From assembly GCA_963749495.1 (NCBI GenBank), contig CAVVMW010000021.1:288001-352000 (forward strand): a stretch of 64,000 bases of DNA, read 5' to 3'. Positions 21,391-31,715 of the stretch are shown here, in pieces. Under the pieces are notes generated by a model that saw only the letters and a list, made by a program, of their open reading frames with translations, was not told where the DNA came from and searched no databases. The number at the start of each line of letters is the position of its first letter. Position 1 is the stretch's first letter. Made by a program: the position numbers and the translations under genes. This DNA comes from an uncultured bacterium. GTDB taxonomy: Bacteria > Verrucomicrobiota > Verrucomicrobiia > Limisphaerales > UBA8199.

Positions 21391-22785
21391 ATGGAAAACT
21401 TCGATCTCGCAGTCATTGGCGCGGGTCCGGGCGGCTACCCGGCGGCGATTCGCGCTGCCCAACTTGGGGCCTCCGTCGCCCTCATCGAGAGGGAACAACT
21501 GGGCGGCACCTGCCTGAACTGGGGGTGCATTCCCACCAAGGCCCTCATCGCCGCCGCCGGCACCGTCACCCAAATCAAACACGCGGCAGCGTTCGGCATC
21601 ACCGTCAATGGCCTCTCGGTGGATTATGCCGCGATGATCGGCCACAAGAACAAGGTGGTCGCCCAACTCCGCGGGGGCATCAAGAAACTCCTGTCCGCCA
21701 ACGGCGTGAAGCTCTTCACCGGGGCCGCCTCCTTCAAGGATCGCACTACGCTGGCCCTGGCGGGGGCCGCGCCCATCAGCGCCAAAAAGATTATCATCGC
21801 CACCGGGTCCACCTCCGCCATGCCCGGGTTCCTCCCCAGGCACCAACGCGTGGTCGAGAGCCGCGGCTTCCTGGACCTGGACCGCCTGCCCCGGACGCTG
21901 CTGGTCCTGGGCGGGGGGTTTATCGGATGCGAACTGGCCTGCATGGCGGCCGCGCTCGGCGTCCGGGTCACGTTGGTCGAACTGCTCGAAGATATTCTCC
22001 TGTTGTTGGACCTGGATGTCCGGCGCGAAGTGCGCGGGGTCCTGGAGAAGAGCCTGGGCATCCGCGTGCTCACCGGCAAGGCCCTCGAAAAAATCGCCGC
22101 TGATGCCGCCGGCGTGCGCGGCAGCTTCGGTGATGAAATGCTCGAAGCCGACCTGCTGCTCAGCGCCGTGGGCCGCAAGCCGGTCACCGACGGGTTGGGT
22201 CTGGAGAACGCCGGGCTTGCGCCCAGCCCGCTCGGCTTCATCGAGACTGACGATTACTGCCGCACGCAGGCCGCCACGATCTACGCCATCGGCAACGTGA
22301 CCGGCAAGACCCAGCTCGCCCATTTCGCCACCGCGCAGGGAATCACCGCGGCGGAAAACGCCGTCGGCCCCAAACCCGCCAGGCACGAGACCCTGGTGCC
22401 CAACGTCATCTTCACCTCGCCCGAGATCGGCACTGTCGGCCTCAGTGAGGAGGACGCCAGGAAAGCCAACCGCCCCGTCCAGACCGGCAAGTTCCGCTTT
22501 GCCAGTTTGGGCAAGGCCCTGGCCGTCGGCGAAACCGCCGGCTTTGTGAAGTGGATAGCCGATGCCGCCACGGGCCAATTGCTGGGCGCGGCCGTCGTCG
22601 GTCCGCACGCAACCGAGCTGATAGCCGAAGCCGCCGCCGCTATCCGCGCCGAACTCACCGCCCGCGAACTGGGCCGCACCATCCACGCCCACCCCACCTT
22701 CAGCGAGGCCTGGATGGAGGCCGCCCACGTTCTCCATGGCCAGGCCATCCACGCCCCGCCCAAACGCGTCAGGGCAGCGGTGTAG
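21391..22785 (+). CDS. lpdA: Dihydrolipoyl dehydrogenase E3
   Basis: GAGPGG, GGTCLNWGCIPTK and HAHPTFSE motifs. Confidence 0.96.
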   Translation: MENFDLAVIGAGPGGYPAAIRAAQLGASVALIEREQLGGTCLNWGCIPTKALIAAAGTVTQIKHAAAFGITVNGLSVDYAAMIGHKNKVVAQLRGGIKKLLSANGVKLFTGAASFKDRTTLALAGAAPISAKKIIIATGSTSAMPGFLPRHQRVVESRGFLDLDRLPRTLLVLGGGFIGCELACMAAALGVRVTLVELLEDILLLLDLDVRREVRGVLEKSLGIRVLTGKALEKIAADAAGVRGSFGDEMLEADLLLSAVGRKPVTDGLGLENAGLAPSPLGFIETDDYCRTQAATIYAIGNVTGKTQLAHFATAQGITAAENAVGPKPARHETLVPNVIFTSPEIGTVGLSEEDARKANRPVQTGKFRFASLGKALAVGETAGFVKWIADAATGQLLGAAVVGPHATELIAEAAAAIRAELTARELGRTIHAHPTFSEAWMEAAHVLHGQAIHAPPKRVRAAV

Positions 22786-22829
22786 GATCGGGATTGATGT
22801 TCCTTGCCATTGCTCCTATTGTTCCGTGT

Positions 22830-23198
22830 ATGAAGACGCGCAGAAACGGCCCCTTGCAATGCCTGTCGAAGCGGGTTGAATTGGGCCAGTTCATTGTCGC
22901 CGATCCGGCGATCTGTCATGGCCGACTCACGTTCAAGGGTACGCGGGTCTTCGTGGCGGACGTACTGACCGACGTGGAACGGGGGCTGTCCTGGGACTTT
23001 ATCGTGCAGCGCTGGGGCGGCGGCAAGATCAGCAAAGCCGCGGTCGCTGAGGCTGTCCGTCTGGCGCGGACTGCGTTGCTGAGACAAGACGGGGCCACGG
23101 CCGCACGCGTAGTGCCAGGAAACACCGAGATGCCCTCCAACAGGTCGGCTGGACCGCGGTTTAGTCGCGGAACCCAACTTAGTTCCTTGAGCCGATGA
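22830..23198 (+). CDS. DUF433 domain protein
   Basis: [19 protein letters not shown] motif. Confidence 0.8.
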   Translation: MKTRRNGPLQCLSKRVELGQFIVADPAICHGRLTFKGTRVFVADVLTDVERGLSWDFIVQRWGGGKISKAAVAEAVRLARTALLRQDGATAARVVPGNTEMPSNRSAGPRFSRGTQLSSLSR

Positions 23199-23721
23199 TG
23201 TTCGCGACTGCGCCCTCGTGGGCCTCGAGGGCCGCTTTGCCGAAGCAGACCAGCACCACTTTTTGCGGGAGGTTGTTCGCTTCCAGAAAGGTCTTGATCT
23301 CATTCACCGCGATACGCGCGGCACGGTCCATCGGAAAGCCGTAAGCCCCGGTGCTGATGGAAGGAAAGGCTATCGAGCGGAGGCCACGTTGCGAGGCCAG
23401 GGCGAGGCTGTTGCGGTAACAACTCGCCAGCAACTCGTCCTCGCGATGGTTGCCGTCGCGCCAGACGGGTCCGACGGTGTGAATGACCCACCGGGCGGGG
23501 AGGCGATAGCCGCCGGTGATCTTGGCCTGGCCCGTCGCGCAGCCCTTGAGCGCACGGCATTCCTCGAGCAACTCCGGCCCGGCGGCGCGATGAATCGCCC
23601 CGTCCACGCCGCCGCCGCCCAGCAGGCTCGAGTTGGCCGCATTGACGATGGCGTCCACCGCCTGCCGCGTGATGTCCCCTTCGAGGACCGTGATTCTGCT
23701 TTCGAGATTCCGGTTGTTCAT
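23179..23721 (-). CDS. ymdB: Macro-domain O-acetyl-ADP-ribose deacetylase
   Basis: [23 protein letters not shown] and [10 protein letters not shown] motifs. Confidence 0.95.
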   Translation of the reverse strand: MNNRNLESRITVLEGDITRQAVDAIVNAANSSLLGGGGVDGAIHRAAGPELLEECRALKGCATGQAKITGGYRLPARWVIHTVGPVWRDGNHREDELLASCYRNSLALASQRGLRSIAFPSISTGAYGFPMDRAARIAVNEIKTFLEANNLPQKVVLVCFGKAALEAHEGAVANIIGSRN

Positions 23722-25163
23722 CGGCCCTTGGTTGGCGGCTCAGCGGCGCGGAATTCGGTCCACGGCTGGGCCGGACGGCTCTTGAGGATGTCGCGCATCC
23801 AATCAAATTGGGGATGAGCGGTGAGGAATTGGCGGGCATCGAAGGTGCGGCCGCAGGCGCTGCCCCATCTTGCCGCAAAGCTCATCGTCCGGGCCATGGG
23901 GGCATCCACCACCTTGGCGTCCACCGTCCCGGCGCATTCGTAAGGAATGCCGGGCCAGGGGCCGGCTCCGGCTCCAACTCGAAATGGCCGCAGAGGCTGC
24001 GGCCGCCGGCGCGGGTCTTCTGCAGCCAGGCGTCGAAGTGGTCGGCCTCGAACTCTTTGGCCAGGGGCACGTCTATGCGGCCGGCGTACTGCTTCATGAG
24101 TTGTTTCCATCGCACCCGGCGGGCCACGCAGGAATCCCGGATGTCGGTGTCCTTGGCGTTGGTCTCGAAGCGGAGCAGCTTGAGGTCTTCGGCCACGTTC
24201 GAGCCGGTGAAGCAGCCGTCGCGCTTTTTCTCGAAGGCAACCACTTTGAGTCCCAGTTCGAGCCGGGCGATTTCGCGCGTATTGATGTCGCCCAAGAGCC
24301 AGGCGTTGGCATAGCCGCCGTTGTTGCCGCGCCGCATGGCGGCGCACCATTCCTCGATCGAGGCGGCGTCCTGAGTGGCCCGGCGCATTCGCACGAACTC
24401 CGGGACCGCATTGCTCTCGAACCCCTCGAAGGCCCCGATGGTGGTCTCGGCGCCGACCAGGCCGGCGTCCGTGATGAAGAAATCGGTGCCGCTGTGAATC
24501 CAGCCCGGCTGGGTCTGCCAGAGGATGCGATGCCCATGCTCCGGGACAATGTCCGCCACGACGTTCGGGAGCGCCCCTTCATAGTCCATCATCGTGTTAT
24601 GACCCAGGACCACGTTGCCGTCGCGCGTCATGCTCCCGGTGGCGATGAAGGCGCTGCACGATTGGCGCACCGCCGGGGCCGGGAGCGGACCGTCCTTGAA
24701 CTTCCTCAACTCGATCGGCCACCAATACTCGGAGAGACTCGATGAAGCCGTTGTATGAGATCAACTCGCCGCGCGTTGCCGAAAGCCCCGCGGCCTTGAC
24801 GCCGTCGACGATGCCCTCCATCTCCGCCAGGTCCTCAGCATCAATGCGAGGGGTGAACATCCGCTCCGCCTGTTCGACCAGCCACGGCCAGGGCATGGCG
24901 CTCTCGTGCTCCCAGTAAATGCGCGTCGCGCGCAGCCCCTGATCAATCTCCGCCGCCAGGAGGTACCCGTGCTGAAAGCCGCGTTGCTTGGGCCCGCCTT
25001 CCAAGTGCAGGCCGATCCACCCGTGGCGCTCGAAACGCCGCCCCCTGGCCAGGCATTGCTGCTGTTCGCTGGAGAGCGGGGCCGCCGCTTCCAGGTGGAG
25101 GCAGACCAGCGCGACCGCGCAAAGGGCAAGCCCTCGCGCGCGTGACTTCAAGATCCAGATCAT
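23718..25163 (-). CDS. Secreted Ntn-hydrolase (peptidase C45 / phospholipase B-like), with frameshifts near 24738 and 23960
   Basis: [10 protein letters not shown], nucleophile [11 protein letters not shown] and NNGGYAN across three consecutive frames. Confidence 0.78.
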
Positions 25164-25196
25164 GTCCTCAATAAAGCAGGGAACAACAGCTTTGCA

Positions 25197-25268
25197 ATGA
25201 CGAATGACGAATGACGAATGACGAATGACGAAACCGCCCGGCCGCATTCGTCATTCGTCATTCGTCAT
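25197..25268. repeat. Inverted heptamer doublet (ATGACGA)x5 / (TCGTCAT)x3
   Basis: Read directly; includes the stop codon of the ThuA-like gene. Confidence 0.9.
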
Positions 25269-26329
25269 CGTCGCACCGGCGGCAAACCGGCGGCCCAGGC
25301 GGTGGCGCGGCGGAACAACTCCTGCACGGCAGGCACGCTCAGCGCCGCGGCATTATGCCCCAGGGGACACTGGAAGCTCCGTCCCTTGCCGCAGTTGGCC
25401 GTGAATGCCATGGGGTAGTACTTGCCGTCCACCTTCGATTTTGCCTGGGCCAGCACTTCGATCGGCACGTCGCCCGTCAGGCAGGTATAGAGCTCGTCCT
25501 CCGTCTCGAAGTCGCTCATGCCCTGCACCAGGGGATGGTCCGGTTTGACGATTTCGACCTTGAACCTCCCAAAGGGGTCGTGCTGGCGGACATTCTCGCC
25601 TGCCCACACGCGCCCGGCGACCTGGACAAACCCCGGCCACTCGTCGTGCCAGGCGCCGCAAGCGAAATGCAGCAGCACCACCCCTTTGCCGCCCTCGACG
25701 AACTGGCGGAGGTTGTCGCGGGCCTGCGGGCCGGGACCCGGCTGCTGCCAGGTCTGGAAGTGCAGGATGACGACGTCGTAGCGGGCCAGGGCCGAGGAGT
25801 CCAGAAAGTGCGGGTCCTCGACCGTGAAGACCTCGAGGCGGGGGTCCTGGCGCAGGGCTTGGGCGAGGACCGGCGCCGTTTGGCGCCAGAGGTGGCCCGG
25901 ATAATCGATCCCCGTCACCAGCAGCACGCGCGCCTTCATGGCCGTCGCGGCGGGTGTGGCCGCGGGCGGTTCGGCGGCCCAGGATGCCAGGCCGCAGCCC
26001 ACAAACAACAGCACCAGGGCCGCCGCAAACCGGCGGGCGAATGGGTGGGCGGGGGCGATTGGAGGCCGATTAAAACTGTCGGTCAGCCCGCGACGCCTTC
26101 CTGCCCCGGAGGGGCTTCCGAGAATAGCCCGGCGTTTCAACGCCGGGTGAGCGGACCCAAGGAGCCGGTCAGTCCCGAAGGGACGGCTGAAGGCAAGGAA
26201 TGTTCTCAGTCGTCCCTTCGGGACGAGGGTCCCTCTTGTGGCCTCCCCGGCGTTGAAACGCCGGGCTATTGTCAGGTGTCCCTTCGGGACAAAACCCCGG
26301 AGGCGTATGGTGGACGCTTGCAATCGCAC
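25265..26329 (-). CDS. Secreted ThuA-like (class I glutamine amidotransferase-like) domain protein; start uncertain, N-terminus overlaps repeat D
   Basis: VLLVTG..GH.W, FVEGGKGVVLLH, DELY and GKGRSF..LGH motifs; signal-like segment near 25980-26040. Confidence 0.8.
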   Translation of the reverse strand: MRLQASTIRLRGFVPKGHLTIARRFNAGEATRGTLVPKGRLRTFLAFSRPFGTDRLLGSAHPALKRRAILGSPSGAGRRRGLTDSFNRPPIAPAHPFARRFAAALVLLFVGCGLASWAAEPPAATPAATAMKARVLLVTGIDYPGHLWRQTAPVLAQALRQDPRLEVFTVEDPHFLDSSALARYDVVILHFQTWQQPGPGPQARDNLRQFVEGGKGVVLLHFACGAWHDEWPGFVQVAGRVWAGENVRQHDPFGRFKVEIVKPDHPLVQGMSDFETEDELYTCLTGDVPIEVLAQAKSKVDGKYYPMAFTANCGKGRSFQCPLGHNAAALSVPAVQELFRRATAWAAGLPPVRR

Positions 26330-26331
26330 CC
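26070..26331. repeat. Family D ~260-bp element (CCCGGCGTTTCAACGCCGGG and GTCCCGAAGGGAC hairpins)
   Basis: Full-length inverted copy at 33843-34105. Confidence 0.9.
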
Positions 26332-26451
26332 GCGAGGTTACACGCGTTTGACGCTCGAACCGAGCGCAGCAGTCAGGCTGCAGGTACCTGTTTCTTTATC
26401 TGTCGTCATAGCAGAGGTTTCGTTATGTGTTCAAAGCTCGATAACCGCGAG

Positions 26452-26531
26452 GTTTTGGACTGCGGCAGTCCTCTGCCGCTTTCTCGTCCCCAGGATCCAA
26501 AAAGCGGCAGAGGACTGCCGCAGTCCAAAAC
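26452..26531. repeat. Family B element
   Basis: Read directly. Confidence 0.92.
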
Positions 26532-26557
26532 GCTTCGCGCCGAGCGGCGCCTGTTGT

Positions 26558-27871
26558 CTAAATCAGCACCGTCCTGCCGGGGATCAGCGTCGGGTAGCTG
26601 CCGTTGGGGCCGGGCACGGTCGGAGGTTCCATGTCGTCGCGGCAATCCTCGGGCTTGGGCGGGTAGAAGAAGTCCGAGTCGTTGACCTTCTCCCAGGTGA
26701 CCTCCTTGCCGGTGTAGCAGGAGATCTGGCCCATGACGCCGATCATTGTGCTGCGGGCCATGTAGTCGCCGCAGTTGATGGGGTCGCCCGAGCGGATGGC
26801 GGAAAAGAGCTTGTCGTGTTCGATCTGGTAGGGGTCGCAGGAGCCCGTCCAGCGCCAGGTGGTCTCGCCCTTGATCCAGCAGGACATGACGGAGGCCTTC
26901 CCCTTGCTCCCGAAGACCAGGCTCGAACCCTCGTCGTAGCACCCGGCGGTCGTGCGCGTAAAGGCATAGACCCGCACGCCATTCTCGAATTCGTACACGA
27001 CCGAATGGTGGTCGAAGACATCGCCATAGATGGGCTCGACCATCGAGGAGCGCCCGCCCAGCCCGTGGCACGTGACCGGCGCCTTGTTGCCCAGCACCCA
27101 GCTCGCCCGATCCATGTTGTGTACCAGCGACTGCGGCACGTCATCGCCCGAGAGCCAGTAGAAATGGTATTGCGTGCTGCACTGCCATTGCAGCTCCGTC
27201 ATATCCGGCTTGCGTTCCGTCACCACGTAAGGCGCCCGCAGGAAGTTCTCCTCGATGGTGACCACGTCGCCGATGGCGCCGTCGTGGATGCGTTTGACGG
27301 TCTCGGCGTAGCCCTCGTGGAACCGGCTCTGCAGGCCCGAGACGACGGAGAGCTTCTTCTCCCTGGCCAAATCGCAGGCCTGCCGCAGCAGCTTGAGGCC
27401 GCGCGGGTCGATGCCGTGGGGTTTCTCGACAAAGACGTGTTTGCCCGCCTGGATGGCGGACATGGTGTGGAAGGGATGGAACTTCGCGGCGTTGGCAATC
27501 AGGACCACGTCCGAGGCCTCGATGACGTGCTTATAGCCCTGGAAGCCGGTGAAGCAGTGGTCGTCATCGACGGCCACCTGCTCGCCCTTGGCGGCCTTGA
27601 TGGTGGCCCGGCTGGCCTCGACGCGGTCACGGAAGATGTCGCACATGGCCACCAGGCGGGCGCCTTTGTCCGCAGTCAGGGCCTGGCCCGCCGCGCCCGT
27701 GCAACGCCCGCCGCACCCGATCATGCCCACCTTGATGATGTCGCTGCCGGCCGCGTGGGCGCTGCGGGCCAGGTCGAGCGTGCCCGCGGCCGTGGCCGAG
27801 GCGGCCATAGCCGAGGTCTTCAAAAAGTCCCGGCGCGTGAGTGTCTGGGAAGGAGGAGTTTGGTTTTTCAT
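26558..27871 (-). CDS. Tat-exported Gfo/Idh/MocA oxidoreductase
   Basis: TRRDFL signal; IGCGGR and HVFVEKP motifs. Confidence 0.92.
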   Translation of the reverse strand: MKNQTPPSQTLTRRDFLKTSAMAASATAAGTLDLARSAHAAGSDIIKVGMIGCGGRCTGAAGQALTADKGARLVAMCDIFRDRVEASRATIKAAKGEQVAVDDDHCFTGFQGYKHVIEASDVVLIANAAKFHPFHTMSAIQAGKHVFVEKPHGIDPRGLKLLRQACDLAREKKLSVVSGLQSRFHEGYAETVKRIHDGAIGDVVTIEENFLRAPYVVTERKPDMTELQWQCSTQYHFYWLSGDDVPQSLVHNMDRASWVLGNKAPVTCHGLGGRSSMVEPIYGDVFDHHSVVYEFENGVRVYAFTRTTAGCYDEGSSLVFGSKGKASVMSCWIKGETTWRWTGSCDPYQIEHDKLFSAIRSGDPINCGDYMARSTMIGVMGQISCYTGKEVTWEKVNDSDFFYPPKPEDCRDDMEPPTVPGPNGSYPTLIPGRTVLI

Positions 27872-27889
27872 TATCGGTTTGTGGATCAA

Positions 27890-28753
27890 TCAATGTTGGA
27901 TCTTCAATTCAGCAAGGGTCTTTCGCAGCCAGGCCAGGGACTGCTCAATCATCGGGCCGGCCTGGCCTTCGCACTCGATGCTGAGCATGCCCTCATAGGC
28001 GGCGTCCCGCAGCAGGGCCAGGCAGCGGCGGATGTTCTCCGCGTTGACGCCGCCGCCCAGGGGACAATGGCTGACGGCGATGCCGGTCTGGCCGCCCCGG
28101 ACCGCCTGGGCGAGCGATTCGGAGACATCTTTGACGTGGACGTGGCTGACCTTGTTCAGGAACCGGCCGAGGAAGGCCACCGGGTCGCGGCCGGCGATGA
28201 AGGTGTTGCCCGTGTCCATGTTCATCCGCAGGAACGGGCTGTCGCTGAAGGCCAGCATCTGGGCCATGAAATCCGGGTTGGTGGTGAAGTAACCGTGCGG
28301 TTCGATGTTCACCGTGACGCGATGCGCCTCGGCCACCTTGAGGATCTGCTGGTAGCTCTGCTTCATCAAGGCCAGTGATTCCGCATCGGTCAGCCCCTCG
28401 GGCCGGTGCAGCCCGTCGGTCGTGTCCACGCAGGGACAGCCGACCTGGGCGGCCCAGGCGATGGCCTTCATCACATAGGGCACACCGCGCAACGGCCCCT
28501 CCTCGCCCGAGAGGGGAAAGGCGGCGTCCACCTGTGAGAATTGCACGCCGTATCGGTCCATCTTGCGCCGGAGCAGGACCGGGTCTTCATACAACGCGAC
28601 GTGCGGTTGGTAGCCCAGGCCGTGAATCCAGCTCACCCCGTCGATGAGCCCGCACTCGATGTAATGGAGCCCGTTCTGGTGCGCCCAGGCCAGGCACTTG
28701 TCAAACGACCAATAGGCCGAGTTGAAGGCGTCGGTGTGAAAACCGATTCTCAT
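27890..28753 (-). CDS. Sugar phosphate isomerase/epimerase (TIM barrel)
   Basis: EPHG, DTGN, HVHVKD and SIE ligands. Confidence 0.9.
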   Translation of the reverse strand: MRIGFHTDAFNSAYWSFDKCLAWAHQNGLHYIECGLIDGVSWIHGLGYQPHVALYEDPVLLRRKMDRYGVQFSQVDAAFPLSGEEGPLRGVPYVMKAIAWAAQVGCPCVDTTDGLHRPEGLTDAESLALMKQSYQQILKVAEAHRVTVNIEPHGYFTTNPDFMAQMLAFSDSPFLRMNMDTGNTFIAGRDPVAFLGRFLNKVSHVHVKDVSESLAQAVRGGQTGIAVSHCPLGGGVNAENIRRCLALLRDAAYEGMLSIECEGQAGPMIEQSLAWLRKTLAELKIQH

Positions 28754-28772
28754 TCAAGGGTTCCTTTCCAGT

Positions 28773-29714
28773 TCACTGCTTGGTCGAGGAGTACCGGTCC
28801 CACCCCTCGGCACTGTGGTACACCCACCAGTCCTCTTCTTTGGGGTTTCCCTTGAAGCGGTAGGCGGAGTTGTCCGCGTGGACGACGTTCATCCCCCTGT
28901 CGTGGGGCATATACATGGCCTCGTGATAGGGGATCTCCCAGATGAGCACGGCGATGGAGGGCTGCATGACCTGCGTGCTCTTGCGGCCGCTGATGGGCGG
29001 GCCATAGACCGAGTTTGTCGGGTCCCAATACTCGTGGTTCCACACGTAGGAGACGCCGTTATTGGCGTAGTAAAAGTCGTTATCGAAGCCGTAATCCTGG
29101 CTCGTGGGAGGCACCTTGATTTTGATGCCCGAGGGGCAGGCGAACATGCCGCTCGAGGGGACGTACTTTACCGAGGTGAGGCCGTGGGTGCTGTTCCGGT
29201 TGGTGCCCAGGTAGGGCAGGAAGGCCTCCGGCATCCAGACGCGCGCCGGGTTGAGCATGTGGTCGTCGCCCCAGGCCTCGCCCCAGTTGTGCAGCCACGC
29301 AAAGCGGTCCGCGAAATCGTGCGAGTAGCTCGCCGAGGCGATGCCGATCTGCTTGAGGCTGTTCAGGCAATAGGTCTGGTTGGCCTTCTGTTTGGCCCTG
29401 GCCAGCGCCGGCAAGAGCATGGCGGCCAGGATCGCAATGATCGCGATCACCACCAGCAGCTCGATCAGCGTAAAACCCAACCCAATCAGGCCAGGGCCAC
29501 GCTCTCGAGGCGGCTGGTCATGAGGAGCCTCGACAATGTTGACATCGTGCCCGGGGACCACGAACCGGAAGGGCGCCGTCCAACGCGAAGCGTTTTGGAC
29601 TGCGGCAGTCCTCTGCCGCTTTCGTACGCGCTGGGGTCGGAAAAGCGGCAGAGGACTGCCGCACTCCAAAACCTTCGGGCTTACGGTCGGTTCATGGAAA
29701 TCGTTCCGGCGCAT
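28773..29714 (-). CDS. Prepilin-type N-terminal cleavage/methylation protein with a C-terminal H-X9-D motif; leader contains repeat B
   Basis: [51 protein letters not shown] before ATG 29714. Confidence 0.88.
   Translation of the reverse strand: MRRNDFHEPTVSPKVLECGSPLPLFRPQRVRKRQRTAAVQNASRWTAPFRFVVPGHDVNIVEAPHDQPPRERGPGLIGLGFTLIELLVVIAIIAILAAMLLPALARAKQKANQTYCLNSLKQIGIASASYSHDFADRFAWLHNWGEAWGDDHMLNPARVWMPEAFLPYLGTNRNSTHGLTSVKYVPSSGMFACPSGIKIKVPPTSQDYGFDNDFYYANNGVSYVWNHEYWDPTNSVYGPPISGRKSTQVMQPSIAVLIWEIPYHEAMYMPHDRGMNVVHADNSAYRFKGNPKEEDWWVYHSAEGWDRYSSTKQ
29592..29672. repeat. Family B element inside the prepilin leader
   Basis: Read directly; translates as [21 protein letters not shown]. Confidence 0.9.
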
Positions 29715-29751
29715 ACGAGTATCCTCCGTTGTTCATACTACGAGTAAGGCC

Positions 29752-31296
29752 TCATTTTTCGACCCACTCGATGATCGAGATGACGGCGTTGGAGCCTTTG
29801 CGCGCGTTGAGGGCGCGCACCGGGACCTTGCCGTCGGCGGTCTGTTCCGGACCGACGCGGCGCTCGATCCATTTGCCGTCCTGGAAGGCGGTGATGGGGC
29901 CGAACTCCTGTCCGGCGATGCTCACCTTTTCTGCTCGGCCGCCGTCGAAATTGTCCGGGTCGATAACGAAGACGCGCACCAGGCCGGCGGCGCCTTGGGG
30001 GACAGTGAGCTGGATGGCGGCCTCGTCGTCGCCGGCGAGCGCGTGATAGACCGGCAAGGGCCAACCGCTCCAGGCATAGCCCTTTTGGGTGGCGGCGCTG
30101 TAACCGGGCTCGGCATAGATGAGTTCCTTGGCTGGGCGGCCGCAAAGCAGGTGCAACTTGACGCCGCGCTCCCGGAGTTCGGCGCCCGTGGGCAGCTTCT
30201 CTTTGTCCGGCCAGAACGGCTCCTCGGGGGCGGGGGCGCGTTCGGCGGCCGAGGGCATCGGCGGCAGCGGCGCGTGCGGCTCGACCTGGTACCAATAGAC
30301 CGTGCTGGAGAACTGCAGCGTGCTGCCGGGCTTCGAGAAATCGCGCCGGAACATCGGGTCTTCATTGACGCCGAAACCGATGGCCACGCGCAGGGACCGC
30401 TCGAAATTGATGGCGTCCTGGGTGAAGAACCGGTAGGCGGCCGCACCCTTGAGAAACCGGAAATAGCCCGTCAGCGGAAAGATACTGTCGCTCTCTGGGA
30501 ATCCCCAACTGAACCCGAACGAGTCCTCCAGACCCTGGAACTCGACCGAGGCGGTTTCTTCGCCATCGATGTAGAACTTCTCGTTTTCGTCCACCGGGTA
30601 GCCGTCCCGGCCAGGGCTGCGGACGGTGACGTTCCAACCGACGAATTTGCCTTTGCCCGTGGCCTCCAGGGCGAGGTAATCCCGCTTGCCGAGCAGCAAC
30701 CCCTCCTGGCGCCAACTGGCGTGGAAATAGCCGGCGTCCTCCGGGATAGCGCCGGCGGCCCGGTAGGTGACATAGCTGTAGCAGGGCATGATCTTCCAGA
30801 GTTCGTCGCCTGGGGCGAGGGGCCCGTCATAGAGCAGTTCGATTTTGGCGGCGCGGCGGAAGGGCATGGGGAAATAGGCATTGAAACCGCGCCGCTTGTT
30901 GACCAGGGCGGTATTGACCTGCTCACGCAGGCCCGCCGGGTCGCAGAAGAAATCCACCAGCGGCACCTCCACGCTGGGCGAGGTCTCGCCGTCCCAGAAC
31001 ATGCGCAGGAGCACGTCCCGGTTCAGCTTGAGAGTCTGGGGCATGGCGAAGTGAATCATCGTGATGACCGCCGGGCCCTTGAGGTCGGCCACCACGACCT
31101 GCTTGGAGGAGTTGAACCGGGCGCTCAAGGCATTCTCGATCCAAAGCGCATTCTCCGCCTTGGTCCGCCCGGGCGTCAGCCGCGCCAGGTCCTCGATGCC
31201 AGGCGTCTGGCCCGCGGCACAAACGGCCCACGAGGCGATGAGCATTCCGGCCAGGCTCAAGTGAATGCCGCGCGGCGGGCCTCGATGTGCTCTCAT
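29752..31296 (-). CDS. Secreted DUF2961 (GH172-like) protein
   Basis: WDGE..PSVEVP, YFPMPF, YFHA.W, GKGKFVG and GLEDSF motifs. Confidence 0.85.
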   Translation of the reverse strand: MRAHRGPPRGIHLSLAGMLIASWAVCAAGQTPGIEDLARLTPGRTKAENALWIENALSARFNSSKQVVVADLKGPAVITMIHFAMPQTLKLNRDVLLRMFWDGETSPSVEVPLVDFFCDPAGLREQVNTALVNKRRGFNAYFPMPFRRAAKIELLYDGPLAPGDELWKIMPCYSYVTYRAAGAIPEDAGYFHASWRQEGLLLGKRDYLALEATGKGKFVGWNVTVRSPGRDGYPVDENEKFYIDGEETASVEFQGLEDSFGFSWGFPESDSIFPLTGYFRFLKGAAAYRFFTQDAINFERSLRVAIGFGVNEDPMFRRDFSKPGSTLQFSSTVYWYQVEPHAPLPPMPSAAERAPAPEEPFWPDKEKLPTGAELRERGVKLHLLCGRPAKELIYAEPGYSAATQKGYAWSGWPLPVYHALAGDDEAAIQLTVPQGAAGLVRVFVIDPDNFDGGRAEKVSIAGQEFGPITAFQDGKWIERRVGPEQTADGKVPVRALNARKGSNAVISIIEWVEK

Positions 31297-31340
31297 GAGC
31301 GGTATTCAACCCCACCGGCCGCCCGCTGGCAATCGCAAAA

Positions 31341-31509
31341 GTAACTGTTCAGGTTGCGCAGGCGCGGCTCAGCTTCGTCGGCCTTCGGCAAGACGGACAA
31401 ATGGAGCGCGGCCCCGGGAAGCCCGCAAGGTTTTGGACTGCGCCAGTCCTCTGGCGCTTTCGCGTCCCCAGGGTCCGAAAAGCGGCAGAGGACTGCCGCA
31501 GTCCAAAAC
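31341..31509. repeat. Family B element (31430-31509) preceded by a solo GTAACTGTTCAGGT end of family E
   Basis: Read directly; the flank resembles 14941-15015 in reverse orientation. Confidence 0.8.
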
Positions 31510-31715
31510 GCGTCGCGGCTTCGGACGCGCACTCCAATCGCCCCGTTCGGCCGGGCTCGAAAAAGGTGAGATGCCCCCAGGTCGCGCAGAGGAGCGCGGA
31601 CGAGGCGTCCGCGCTCCTATCCGGCGCCGCTTTTCATTGCGAACAATTGGTCGCGAAAAAGACGAATTGCTTTGATGTTTTTTTGCCTGCATGTTTTTCT
31701 CGTGAACTAGGTGTT

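Noticed and set aside
25355..28378. 1007-aa plus-strand ORF and similar long antisense ORFs (e.g. 11300-13324, 15902-18121, 29536-31344)
   Set aside because: These are shadow frames of well-supported opposite-strand genes in high-GC DNA, with no recognisable motifs.
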